DNA of 64,000 nt from Anaeramoeba ignava BMAN (Eukaryota; Protista; Anaeramoebae), in the NCBI GenBank assembly GCA_028826165.1, contig JAPDFW010000061.1, positions 248,001-312,000 of the forward strand. The letters run 5' to 3'. Position numbers and translations under genes: made by a program. Under the pieces are notes generated by a model. It worked only from the letters and a program-made list of their open reading frames with translations, made no database searches and was not told where the DNA came from. Positions 24,101 through 36,547 of the stretch are shown here, piece by piece (the first letter of the stretch is position 1; each line of letters opens with the position of its first letter).

Positions 24101-27100
24101 AGTAGGACCCATTAAAGAAATCTCGAAGTTGCATGATTTTAAATTCACTCCCAAAAAAAGAATTGAGATGAGAAAACTGACCAATAAAGGGAAATATAAG
24201 ATAAAAAGAAGATCAACGAAAAATGAAATGATTTCAAATTGGTTTGATTGATTTCTCAAGTGAAAAAAATTTTTTTTGTTGAAATCCAAAATTTGTTTGA
24301 GAATAAAAACCAAAATTTTCATCTCATGAATTTTTCTTTTCAAAAAAATTCTTCAAAAAATTATGTTTTGGATTTCCTTCTTTTTTTTGTTCATTTTTTT
24401 GATCACCAATAGATGAAAACAAAACATAAACTCTTTCTAATTTTCAAAAATTTAAAATATTCCTTCATTGAAAAATTGTGTTAATATTCAATTCAATTTA
24501 ATATTCAATTTAATATTCAATTCAATATTCAATTCAATTTAATATTCAATTCAATTCAATATTCAATTCAATTCAATATTCAATTCAATATTCAATTCAA
24601 TATTCAATTCAATATTCAATTCAATATTCAAATCAATTTATTCAATATTCAATTCAATTCAATATTCAATTCAAATCAATTCAATTCAAATTTATTCAAT
24701 TTAATATTAATTCAATATTCAATTCAATTTTATAATTCGATTCAATTTCAATTCAATATTCAATTCAATATTCAAATTTAATATTCAATTTAATATTATT
24801 CAATTCAATATTTTCAATATTATTCATTCATTATTCAATATTCAATATTCATTTCCAATTTTTATTATTCCAATATTATTCAATATTTCAATTATTCAAT
24901 TTAAATTATTCAATTCTAATATTTTTCAATATTTGATTCAATATTAATATTTTCAATTCAATTTCATTATTTTCAAATATTTTTCATTCAATATTCAATT
25001 CAATTCAATATTCAATTCAACCCAATTTTATTAAATTCAATATTCAATTCAATATTCAATTCAATATTATTCAATTCATTCTTTTCATTAATTCAATATT
25101 CAATTTAATTCAATATTCAATTCAATATTTAATTTAATTCAATATTCAATTTAATTAAATTCAATTCAATTTAATTTAATTTAATTTAATATTCAATATT
25201 CAATTTAATTAAATTCAATATTTAATTCAAATCAAATTATTTAATTCAATTTAAAATTTAATTAAATTTAATATTCAATTTAAAAATTACTCTAATGAAA
25301 TTCCTGAAAGTAAATTAAATGGAACAACCACTTCTCCTCCAAGAAAAGATGCATAAAGAGAATCTGGAAATTTTGTTTGAAAAGGATTTTCTGGTACTTC
25401 AATACAACCAAATCCTATATAAAGAAATACTAAATCAAGCATTCTAACAATAACATGTTCATTTGCTTCAGAATTTTCAATCATATGTGAAAGAACTATT
25501 TCAAGGAATTGTACCACTTTCTTCCAATTTCTTGATGTTTCATTAACTCTTTGAGACATCTATAATAAATTTTGATTTTAATTTTAATTTTAATTTTAAT
25601 TTTTAATTTTAATTTTAATTTTAATTTTGATTCTAATTTTAATTTTAATTGAATTTATAAATAAATTACAAATTCAGATTTAAATGCTTGAAATAATCTA
25701 GCAGCAATATTTAAAAAAGAACACCGAATCAAATGATTTTTAGATTTCCCAAAATTGAAATAAAATCTTATCATTCGATATTTCTTTTTTTTCTTATTTT
25801 TTAATAATTGCTTTTTAAACTTGATAATATTAATTCGGAAAATAAAACGATCTTTAATAAGCAATTCAAAAATCAATTTCTAAAATGGATAAAAAATTAA
25901 ATCAATAAATTATTATATATTTTCTTTTTGTTAATTTGAATTACTTCTCCATTTTTTCGATCTTCTTTTGAAGATGATTGAATTAAAGCATGAATTGTTT
26001 TGCGAGTTTCTAGAGTAACTTCTTTCATTACATCTTGAAATTCAGATTCATACTTTAAAATAAAATAAAATAAAATAAAATAAAATAAATTAAATTAAAT
26101 TGAAATGAATTGAAAATAAATTAAAATACTTGATGATAATCTTCAATCATTTTCTCAAATACTAGAAAGAAATCTTTTATAAAATTATCAGGTATCTTTT
26201 TCATTAAAAATCCAACATTCTGAGTATTTTTATGTTTAATAAAAAATTCAGCCAAAGATTCAATAAATTTTGGAGGAGAAAATTGGAGAACTTGAGAAAG
26301 TAGTTGAGGTAAATCTGTTTTAATCAAAAATTCACAGAAAAATGAAATGCTTTGTGAATCAGGAAATAATTTTTTTGATTCTGTAGTATTATATTTTTCA
26401 GATTTGCATCGATTGACCAAAATATCAAATAAAATGATAAATAAATTATAACGAATTTCAATTGAATTTTTTTGAATAATCCAATCAAATAGTAAATCTG
26501 TTGTGAAATATTTGTTGAATAATATCATATTGATTTTGACTTCTTCATAAAGTTTGTTTGCAATTATTCGAATAATAACTCTTTGGGTTTCAAGATTTGG
26601 TAAAGAAGCATAAGAAATGCAACTGAGGATAATTTGAATATCTAAATTTTGAATTTTTGTTTTATCACATTTCCCTTTTGAAAAGAGAAAGAAGATTAAG
26701 CAATTTAATGCATGATTCCATACAACAGAATTTCTTTCCTTTTGTAAAATTAAAATCATTGACATTTGTTGTAATTGTTGGTATGTTTGCTCTATTAAAT
26801 CAAGGAGTTCTTTTTCATTATTTTGAATATTTTCAATATTTTGATTACTTTCAATATTTTCAATATTTTCATTCTTTTGAATATTTTCAATATTTTCAAT
26901 ATTTTCAGTCTTTTGATTATTTTCATTCTTTTGATTACTTTCAATATTTTCATTCTTTTGATTACTTTCAATATTTTCAATATTTTCATTCTTTTCAATA
27001 TTTTCAATATTTTCATTCTTTTGATTATTTTCATTCTTTTGATTACTTTCAATATTTTCAGTCTTTTCAATATTTTCATTCTTTTGATTACTTTCAATAT

Positions 27101-29155
27101 TTTCAATATTTTCAATATTTTCAGTCTTTTCAATATTTTCATTCTTTTGATTACTTTCAATATTTTCATTCTTTTGATTACTTTCAATATTTTCATTCTT
27201 TTGATTATTTTCAATATTTTCATTCTTTTCATTATTTTCAATATTTTCATTCTTTTCATTATTTTCAGTCTTTTCAATATTTTCATTCTTTTGATTATTT
27301 TCATTCTTTTCAATATTTTCATTCTTTTGATTATTTTTAGTCTTTTTAATATTTTCATTCTTTTGATTATTTTCAACTTTTTCATTCTTTTTTTGAATAT
27401 TTTTTTTTTGAATCTTTGTAATTTTTTTAACCTTTTTTACTTTTTGTACTTTTTTAATATTTTTTTGAGTATTCTTATCATTCTTATCATTTTTAGGATT
27501 TTTTCTAATAACTTTTACAATTTTAATCTTTTTAGGACTTTTAACATTTTTCACATTTTTTTGATTTTGTTTTTGATTTTGTTTTTGATTCTTTTTTTGG
27601 ATATTTTCTTCTTTTTTCTTTTGTTTTTGATTCTTTTTTTGATTCTTTTTTTGATTCTTTTCTTCTTTTTTCTTCTGTTTTTGATTCTTTTGATTTTGTT
27701 TTTTATTCTTTTTTTGATTTAGGTTTTGATTTTGGTTTTGATTTTGATTTTGATTTTGATTTTGATTTTGATTTTGATTTTGATTTTGATTTTGATTTTG
27801 ATTTAGATTTAGATTTAGATTTAGATTTTGATTTTGATTTTGATTTTGATTTTGATTTTGATTTTGATTTTGATTTTGATTTAGATTTTGATTTAGATTT
27901 AGATTTTGATTTAGATTTTGATTTAGATTTTGATTTAGATTTTGATTTTGATTTAGATTTTGATTTTGATTTTGATTTAGATTTAGATTTTCTTTTTGCT
28001 TTGGTTTTGACATAAGTTTACAACATTCAGAATATAAATTGCAATGAATCGATAAATTAAACAATAAATTAAAAGCAAATTTCTTATTCGAAATTTTCTT
28101 TGATTCCAAAAGCTCATAAAGAATAATAAACATTTTTTGGAAAGAATCAAAATCATGATTTTTAAAGCAATCCATAACAATTTTGATCCACAATCTAGAA
28201 GCAATATGACGAACTTCTTGATTAATTGGAGAAATAATACTATCAAAAATAAGATCATAATCATTTTCAGGAAGAATTAAATCATCTTGTTGAGAATAAT
28301 ATTTGTATTGAAACAACATTAATGACCATCTTTCCTTTTTCAAAGCAAATTTTCGAGTTCGACTGGCTTTGTTTAATTGATATTGCCGAATCTCAATTAA
28401 TTCTTCATTGAGTAACTTTGAATCTATGTTTTGGATTGTGTTTTTTCTTGCTATTTCAGATTTTGAAGTGTATTGCTCTTTTATTGTTGAAGATATTTTT
28501 TTTAGTTTGAATTGCCCTCCAAAATAAAAATTAGAAGCTAAACTTGGAACATTTCTTTGATTTAAATCTCCAAAAGAGCGAAATTTTTTTGGTGCAAAAT
28601 TGATTATAAGTTCATGATTAGTTGTTCTTTTTGGAATATTTTTAAGAATTTTCTTTAAAATGGATAAAATTTTTTTCGATTTCTAAAATAAAATTCATTT
28701 ATAAAATTAAAATTCATTTATAAAATAAAATTCATTTATAAAATTAAATTTAAAATTAAAATTAAAATTCATTCTTACTTCATATAAATTTGTATTTTCA
28801 AATCTAACATTTGTTTTTTCACAAAAAATTTGAATTTTTTCTAAAATTTTTTCACTTGGAATTGAAGAAGAAATATTATTTATAATTAAATTGAAAATTT
28901 GTTCAATAATTTTTTCTTGTGAGAGTTCTCCTCTTTCAAGTATTTTTGAATAAGCTTTTTATTTTTAATTAAAAAAAAAATGAATAAAAAAAATAAATTA
29001 AAAAGTTGAATAACTGATTATTTACTTAAGTCTCGATATTGTTCATTTTGTAAATATTCTTTAATTTTTTTTTGCACAGTTTTTGTTGATTCACCTTCTG
29101 TTGGAGTATTTTCTGAAACTAAATTTTCAATAAATTGTATAATAAAACTTGACAT
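21119..29155 (-). CDS. Large helical protein resembling the plant At3g12590/CLoG1 family, with N/Q/K/E low-complexity insert; 7 exons
   Basis: ATG at 29155. Exons about 29155-29026, 28954-28779, 28682-26130, 26052-25945, 25879-25670, 25559-25291, 21485-21119. C-terminal IGGIEFFKDLLD...ISFHASSFL...KKAQQLNQIQLLKNPY recalls that family (from memory, not searched). Confidence 0.6.
22029..24251 (+). pseudogene. Transposase split by one frameshift near 23400 (or a sequencing error)
   Basis: ORF1 has GRPKK, an HTH-like LTQTQISDWLDVDPSYISKL and a poly-DED tract. ORF2 has CEKC and the RNase H-like motifs LVFDFG, VWSDNGNTFKN and FFVSHHGASICDSHIG. Start codon uncertain (22029 or 22091). Confidence 0.7.
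22898..23085 (+). repeat. (GATGAAGAT)n coding repeat (poly Asp-Glu-Asp)
   Basis: About 20 near-perfect 9-mer units in the transposase ORF. Confidence 0.9.
24484..25285. repeat. Intronic (CAATT/CAATATT)n microsatellite
   Basis: The same repeat continues on the other side of the transposon at 21530-21583. Confidence 0.85.
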
Positions 29156-29527
29156 TTTTTAATTACAAAATGAAATAAAATAAAAAATAAAAAATAAAAA
29201 TAAAATATAAAAATAAATGGTTTGTTTAACGTTTTTTGTTTAACGTCTTTTAATTATTTTTTTTTTTGATTTTGAAATTAAAAAGAAAGAAAGAAAAAAA
29301 GAAAGAAAAAAAATGATTTTTATTTTTATTTGTTAATTTTTTTTTTTTTGAATTTTTTTTAATTATTTTTTGAATTAGGAAAAATCAAAAAAAAAAAAAT
29401 CAAAAATTGAAAAATTGACTAAAAAGCAAAGTTAAAAAAAAAAAAGAAAATCAAAACTTTGCTTTTTAAAAGTAAAGAGAAAAAAAGAAAAGAAAAAAAT
29501 TCTTATTCTTCTTTTTTTTTTAATTGA

Positions 29528-31926
29528 TTATTTCTTAAGTAATTCTTTCAAATCTTTTTTTGGAGAAGAACTAATTGGTTTAATTCCAAAATTATCCACA
29601 AGAACTTTAACAACTGGAGGAGTTAAAAAAGCAGGTAATCTTGGACCTATTCTAATGTTTTTAACACCTAAAGAAAGTAAAGTAAGTAAAACAGCAACAG
29701 CTTTTTGTTCAAACCAACTAAGAATTAAAGATAAAGGAAGTCCATTAACATCTGTTTTGAATGCTTCTGCTAATGCTACTGCTATTTTAATTGCTGAATA
29801 ACTGTCATTACATTGTCCAATATCTAAAAGTCTTGGAATTTCAACTCCTTTATGTTTTATTGTTCCAAAATCTAATTTATTAAATCGATATTTTCCACAA
29901 GCCAATGTAAGAATTACACAATCTTTTGGAACTCCTATTTACATTATTATTAAATATTAATTGTTATTAAATATTATTGAATATTATTGAATATTATTAT
30001 TAAATATTATTAAATATTATTGAATATTATTGAATATTATTATTAAATATTATTAAATATTATTGAATATTATTGAATATTATTATTAAATATTATTAAA
30101 TATTATTGAATATTATTATTAAATATTATTAAATATTATTGAATATTATTATTAAATATTATTGAATATTTTTGAATATTTTTGAATATTATTAATTATT
30201 ATTGAATATTATTAAATATTATTAAATATTATTAAATATTATTGAATATTATTGAATATTATTAAATATTTTTAAATATTATTGAATATTTATTAAATAT
30301 TTATTAAATATTATTAATTATTATTAGATATTTTTAAATATTTTTGAATATTATTGAATATTATTGAATATTATTAAATATTATTGAATATTATTAAATA
30401 TTATTATTGAATATTATTGAATATTTATGAATATTATTGAATATTATTGAATATTTATGAATATTATTGAATATTATTAAATATTATTAAATATTATTAA
30501 ATATTATTAAATATTATTGAATATTATTAAATATTTTTGAATATTTGTATTGATTTATACTCTTGGCAAAATCAGTGAAGTAATTGCGATCCAATTCATA
30601 ACCATCACAACCACCAATCAAAAAGAAATGCTTAATAGCACCAGATTTAACAGCATCAATAATCAAATCAGCAATTCCAAGAACAGTTTTATGACCAAAA
30701 CCAACAAGAATCTCCTTACGAGGGGAATCTTTAAGAAAACCTTTATTCAAAAGAGCAGAATTAATCAACGGAGATAAATCATCAGAAAGGATATGCTGAA
30801 CACCAGGAAAACCGACAACAGAACGAGTGAAAACCCTGTGACGATAAGCATCACTTGGGGGAACGATGCAGTTTGTAGTCATAAGAATAGAACCAGGAAA
30901 AGCAGAAAATTCCTTTTTCTGATTTTGCCAAGCACCGCCATAATTCCCAACAAGATGCTTATATTTCTTGAGCTTGGGATAGCCATGAGCAGGAAGCATT
31001 TCGCCGTGGGTGTAAACATTGATGTTCTTGTTTTCAGTTTGCTTGAGAACAAGTTCGAGATCATAGAGATCATGTCCGCTCACAACAATACACTTGCCAG
31101 CAACAGGACTAATTGAGACCTTTGTTGGTACCGGATCCCCATATCCTTGTGTGTTTGCTTTGTCAAGGAGTTCCATCACTTTGAAGTTCCATTTGCCAGT
31201 GTCCATTGCAAGCTTAAGAAGTTCATCAAGTGAAAGTTCTTCCGTTAATTTTTTCAGGCAATCATGCATGAAAGAATACGCTTCTTCATCTTCAATTCCA
31301 AGTACCTTTGCATGCTCTAAATATGCTGCTCCTCCTTTAATTCCGTAAAGAATCATTTCTTCAATTCCTGTCAAATCTTTTGATCGGTTCCGTTTCAAAA
31401 TCGAAAATTTTTTGCCTTCTTCAATTAATGAACCAAGATCTGGATTTGCTTTCCAAAAAGATTTGGCAAATGTTGGCATTTTCGGTTGGATTCCTTTTGA
31501 TTGGCAAACTTCCCGATAATCTTTTTCTGCTTTTTCAAGTTGTGATTCTGCCTTTTGTAAGTATTCTTTGAATCTAACTTCGTCAAAATTCACGTTTGTC
31601 ACTGTCGAGAAGAGTGACTCTAAAACGAACCTATCAACTTCAGGGTTTTTTGTTCCAAGTTGTCTTGACATTGATGTGAAAGTGGATATTTTTTTTGTGA
31701 CGTTGAGAAGCAGATCTTGAAGTGAAGCTACAAAAGAAGTTTTTCCACAAACGCCTTTTAGACCATTACATCCTGTTCCATCTTGTGTTTGTTCGCATTG
31801 ATAGCAAAACATCTTACTGTTATCTTTAGTTGCAAATTGTCTTTTAAGATTTAAGGAAATTGCATTTTGAAGATGAAGTTTAGTTGTTGTTAGTGACTTT
31901 GATTTTATTATTGAAAGTAATGACAT
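29528..31926 (-). CDS. hcp: Hybrid cluster protein (hydroxylamine/NO reductase, prismane) with N-terminal presequence (590 aa)
   Basis: Exons 31926-30561 and 29934-29528 (phase 1). MFCYQCEQT...GC...[68 protein letters not shown]. Confidence 0.95.
29945..30540. repeat. Intronic (ATATTATTGA/ATATTATTAA)n repeat in hcp
   Basis: Same 10-mer family as the ferredoxin-FDP intron, in the opposite orientation relative to its gene. Confidence 0.85.
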
Positions 31927-32599
31927 TGATTTTTGAAAACTCAAAAAAAAAAAAAAAATAAAAATGATTAATAAATTATTTTTTTTTTTTCTTTAAAAAA
32001 GCAAATTTTGATCAACGGGGGATTTGATTTTAAATTAAGTTTTTTCAAGTGATTAAAAATAAATAAATTTTTTAATTAAATATTTAATTGAAATTTTTTA
32101 ATTATTATTTTTTTTTATTATTTTTGGATGACTTGATCAAAAAGAAAAAAAAAAAGATAAAGAAAGAAGAAAAATTTGATTTTTTTCTTCTTTCCAATAA
32201 AAAAAAAAATAAAAAAGAAAGAAAAAAGTGAAAATTTAAATAAAATAACTTTAATTTAATTTCTAATATTTTTTCTTTTTAAATTATTGATAATTTCTTT
32301 ATTAAAATGAAAAAAAGGGGTAAAAACTTAAAAAATCAATTAAAAAATTTAATTTAAAAAAAATTGATGAATTTAAATTAAAAAAAATTGATGAATTTAA
32401 TTTTAATTTTATTTGCTTTTTGTTTTTTGTTTTTTGTTTTTGTTTTTGTTTTGTTTCGAAATGAGAATAATTTGAGAATAAAAATTAAAATAAAAAAGGA
32501 AATTTTTACCATTTTTATTTTTATTTTTATTTTTCATTTTAATTCAATTTTTAATTTCATTTTTTTAATTTTTCATTTATTTCTTATTTTTTTTGCAAA

Positions 32600-35500
32600 A
32601 TGAGTTCAAGTAAAATTTATTTTTATTTTTGTTTTTTAATTTTTTATCTTTTTTCAAACGTGATTGCAACGAGATTTGTTTCAATTTCTGGAACAGACAG
32701 TGGAGATTGTACAGATCCAGTAAATCCATGTCAAACAATAGAATATGGAATAAATCAAACAACAGCAGATGATAACACAGTATTAATAATTACAGAAGGG
32801 GAATATATTTGTTGTGCCAGTTATACAAGTAATGATGGAATTATAATAGCATCAAACACAACAAATATATCAATTAGTTGCAATGAAACAGAGACTCCAG
32901 TTTTTAATTTTACTTTTACTAGTCCCAATTCAACTACTTTTGAAAATTTGACTTTAGTTTCTGACTCAATAAATCAAAGTGCAATTTCGATCCAAAACGC
33001 GGATATTACGATCACAAATTGCAATTTCTACAATTCACATATTGAAATTCAAAATGCGCAAATTTTGGAAGTTGATGATTGCAATTTTAACAACTCAAAC
33101 ATTTGGATAATAAACAATATAGTATTCACTTCAAATTTTTCTTTTATTCACAATACATTCGTTGATTACAATGATTCAAATCAAAACCTCATTTCTCTTG
33201 ATTCGATAGACCCACTACCAAGCATTCTTTTTGAAAACAATATCTTCCAAAATAACACCGCATATACATTGGCTAAATTTTCAGGATGTTGGTTCAATTC
33301 AACTTGTTCGATCAAAAACAATTATATTGAAGAAAATCAAGCGATTATTTTTGGATTCAGTGCCACTAACGGATCATACAATGGCAATATCATTATTGAA
33401 AACAACCAAGTTTTGTACAATTATTTGGACGAGAGCGAAAACAGTTCAACAGACAATCGAGCGTTTTTCGATTTTGATTTAGCGTTATCTAATGGCACCG
33501 ATTATTCAATCATTTCAAACAATTTCACTGAAAATTCATGTTTTTCTCAAAAAACCATTAATTTGAGAGTAGAGGGAATGTTTTGGGGCAACAACTTTAT
33601 TTTTCATCAGAATTCATTCACATCGTATGAAAACACGTCTCGACAATCACCTCTCTCAGTATCCATTCAGGCGAGCATTGGGAATTCGGGTTTTGAGATG
33701 AGCGACTGCAATTTTTCAGGTGTTTCAAGTAGTTCATTTGAATTAGGGGGACAATTCAGGTATATTGATGTGAACATTTTGCGGAATATTTTCAACAGTT
33801 CTGGCGGGTTTGGACTCACGTATCTTTTCATCACCAACTCGCAACAAAGTTGGGATTCCTTTAACATAACTCACACTTTCCGAGAGAACACATTTGAGAG
33901 TGTGCGTTCAAACGCGATTAAGATACTAACGAACGGACTTGAGGCGTCGTATTTGAGCTACGACATAATAGACAACACGTTCTCAAGCTGCACGGCTCGA
34001 CAGGGAGCTGCGATACTCGCTCTTATCAACCACGAAGTCAACATGTATTCCACAAACACAAGCGAATATGTGATCTTCAATTTGGATAATAACGTGTTTC
34101 AAAACAACCAAGCCTTTATATCCGGGGGAGCGCTGTATATCTACAATCTTGGAAACATCACGATCACCAACGGAAAATTCTCGGACAACGAGGCTGTTGT
34201 TGGTGGCGCTATGCTACTTGATGGAGAAGGATATTCCTCAGTGACAAATTGCACCTTTTCTTCCGATTATGCCGAATATGGCTCGGCAATCGTCTCTTAT
34301 ATCCTGCTAAACAACCAGAACGGGCCAATCGCAACCACTTTCCAAAATGTCAATATTCAACCTGATGAAACCTTCTCGGGAACAGTTGTAACGCTGATGG
34401 CACCCGATATCACGTTCCAGAACTCGTACTTACTTTGTCCCCCAGGCAGTTATTTCTACAATGAAAGAGACTCTTTATCTAACGCGCTCGAATGCGAGGC
34501 TTGTCTTGTCGATACATATCTGTTCAAACAATCTTCAAATACCAATCCTATTCCTTGTCTTTCATGCAACGCTGGTACACGCTGTTTGGGAGGCATTAGT
34601 GTCTCCATCCATGAGGGTTTTTGGGGCACAGTCGATAATAAAAAACAACTGCTTACATACAACTGTCCTCAGGACTATTGCTGCGAGGGGAACAATAGTC
34701 TCACATGCTGCAACTACAACCGTGAAGGTGTTTTGTGCGGTGGCTGCCAAGAAGGTTACACTGAAACCCTATCAAGCAGCCCCAAATGCGTCAAGATTTC
34801 TGAATGTCACGACCAATTCGGTGAGTTTTTCGTTCGCAGCTTCCTTATTGCTCTTGTCTTCGCCGTGTTTCTTATTCTCAAAAGAAAAAACCGCGGACAT
34901 TTCCATATTTTGATATTTTTTTTCCAGATGCTTCGATATGCTTCATATCCCATATACTCCCAATCAATCCGCTCCAACAGCCAAGAAAGCGAGATGTCTA
35001 CAGTCTCGTTTCTCTCCTCCCTTTCCTCGTTAAGAGGCATCATTCCCGATATAAATAACTTCGGAGCTTGTCCGTTTTCGAGTATGTCTGCTCAAGGAAA
35101 AATTGCAGTTGGTTACATCACTACTCTTGAATACTTCATCGCCTTTTTCCTCATTTGGATCATCGTTCTTGTGTATAAGAAGATCAAGAAATGCAGAAAA
35201 AAGCCCCAATCAACCAGCGAGATTGAATTGAACCAACTGGATAAGGATGATAAAACTCAAAGCAGTCAAGTTGATCTGGATAATATCCCTCCTCCTGTTG
35301 TTACGGATAACAATATCCCTCCTCCAGATGATATTCCTGTCAAAACAGATAACGATTTCGACGAAAACTTAATCCAAGCTCCACCTCCACCTCTTTTGAG
35401 TGAAACCAGTGATGACGACAAGAAAAAAAACGATGATGAAAAAGAAAAAAACGATGATCAAAAAGAAAAAAAAGATGATGAAAAAAAAGATGACAAACAA

Positions 35501-36343
35501 GATCCTAAAAAGGATAAAAAAAAGAACAAAGTTAAAATGGAAAAAATCAAAGAAAAGCACATTTCTGTTCACGACTGGAAAAAACTCCATCACGATCTTA
35601 AAAAAAAACACGGTTCATTTTCATTCTCAATGGCAAACTCTCTCATCTCCTTAATTTTCTTCTCCTTCGTCAATATCCTTGAAACATCACTTCAATTGAT
35701 CAAATGCGTGCGGATGAAAGTCAACAACAAATACAGCTACCGATTTTTCTACAACGCAAATTTGGAGTGCTTGAAGAGCTGGCAGATCCCTGTTTTGGTT
35801 TGCTTCATCTTGTTTGTCGTTCCGTTTCCTCTTTATATTCTTTTTTGGAGAATGTATTACCACAGACATCCCAAAAACATGACACCAATCAAGGAGATCA
35901 TTCTCAACTATCTCGAGAGACCATACAAGCCAAACCGATTGTTTTGGGATAGTCTTGTCATGTTCGAGAGAATTGTGATTATTGTTTGTTTTGTCTTCAT
36001 CACTGATCCTCAACTTAACGCAGTTTTTCAATCCACTTTGTTTCTGATTTATTTCCTCATTTTCCTGCACTTTGACCCTTATATCCTCAAAACTCACTCA
36101 AACACTGAGCTTCTTTGCGGATTATCACTTGTCATTATTTCCATTGTTAGTGTTCGTCAGGGAACAATTGACTCAACTGGTTATAATACTCAAACTGGAA
36201 CTGAACTCAAAAACACAACAACTGCAATTAACTACTTACTTTTTTTTATTGTTATTATTGTTCTTGTGATTGGTTTAATCAAAAGTTATGGCGGAACCAT
36301 TCTTCGCTTTTTACATATTAAAAAGAAAGAAAAATTCGATTAA
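32600..36343 (+). CDS. Cell-surface protein: signal peptide, parallel beta-helix (Pmp-like) ectodomain, Cys-rich region, multipass TM domain
   Basis: Signal peptide; GTDSGDC...PCQTIEYGI start; FxxN and GGA(L/M) repeats; CPPG...CPQDYCC...NREGVLCGGCQEGY; about 8-9 hydrophobic helices with a P/K/D-rich loop; intronless. Confidence 0.75.
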   Translation: MSSSKIYFYFCFLIFYLFSNVIATRFVSISGTDSGDCTDPVNPCQTIEYGINQTTADDNTVLIITEGEYICCASYTSNDGIIIASNTTNISISCNETETPVFNFTFTSPNSTTFENLTLVSDSINQSAISIQNADITITNCNFYNSHIEIQNAQILEVDDCNFNNSNIWIINNIVFTSNFSFIHNTFVDYNDSNQNLISLDSIDPLPSILFENNIFQNNTAYTLAKFSGCWFNSTCSIKNNYIEENQAIIFGFSATNGSYNGNIIIENNQVLYNYLDESENSSTDNRAFFDFDLALSNGTDYSIISNNFTENSCFSQKTINLRVEGMFWGNNFIFHQNSFTSYENTSRQSPLSVSIQASIGNSGFEMSDCNFSGVSSSSFELGGQFRYIDVNILRNIFNSSGGFGLTYLFITNSQQSWDSFNITHTFRENTFESVRSNAIKILTNGLEASYLSYDIIDNTFSSCTARQGAAILALINHEVNMYSTNTSEYVIFNLDNNVFQNNQAFISGGALYIYNLGNITITNGKFSDNEAVVGGAMLLDGEGYSSVTNCTFSSDYAEYGSAIVSYILLNNQNGPIATTFQNVNIQPDETFSGTVVTLMAPDITFQNSYLLCPPGSYFYNERDSLSNALECEACLVDTYLFKQSSNTNPIPCLSCNAGTRCLGGISVSIHEGFWGTVDNKKQLLTYNCPQDYCCEGNNSLTCCNYNREGVLCGGCQEGYTETLSSSPKCVKISECHDQFGEFFVRSFLIALVFAVFLILKRKNRGHFHILIFFFQMLRYASYPIYSQSIRSNSQESEMSTVSFLSSLSSLRGIIPDINNFGACPFSSMSAQGKIAVGYITTLEYFIAFFLIWIIVLVYKKIKKCRKKPQSTSEIELNQLDKDDKTQSSQVDLDNIPPPVVTDNNIPPPDDIPVKTDNDFDENLIQAPPPPLLSETSDDDKKKNDDEKEKNDDQKEKKDDEKKDDKQDPKKDKKKNKVKMEKIKEKHISVHDWKKLHHDLKKKHGSFSFSMANSLISLIFFSFVNILETSLQLIKCVRMKVNNKYSYRFFYNANLECLKSWQIPVLVCFILFVVPFPLYILFWRMYYHRHPKNMTPIKEIILNYLERPYKPNRLFWDSLVMFERIVIIVCFVFITDPQLNAVFQSTLFLIYFLIFLHFDPYILKTHSNTELLCGLSLVIISIVSVRQGTIDSTGYNTQTGTELKNTTTAINYLLFFIVIIVLVIGLIKSYGGTILRFLHIKKKEKFD

Positions 36344-36547
36344 TGATTAACTAATTATTGATATTAAATTTTTTTTTCTTTTTCTTTTTCTTTTTCTTTT
36401 TCTTTTTAATGAATAATCCAAAAACAAAACAAAGCAAAAAAAATTTTTTTTTATCCTTTTTTTTTTGTAAATGGTTTTTCAACCATTTTAACTAAAAATG
36501 AATTTGGATTTGACAAACATTTATTTTTAAATTGAATTTGTTTAAAA

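Larger units (their letters stand above)
21584..24482 (+). mobile_element. Cut-and-paste DNA transposon (Sola-like DDD transposase) nested in the last intron of the minus-strand host gene
   Basis: Imperfect TIRs: left AACACAATTTTCGAATGAAGGAAT, right (reverse complement) AACACAATTTTTCAATGAAGGAAT, plus a shared subterminal AAATTAGAAAGAGTTT. Flanks are compatible with an AAT or TA duplication. Confidence 0.85.
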
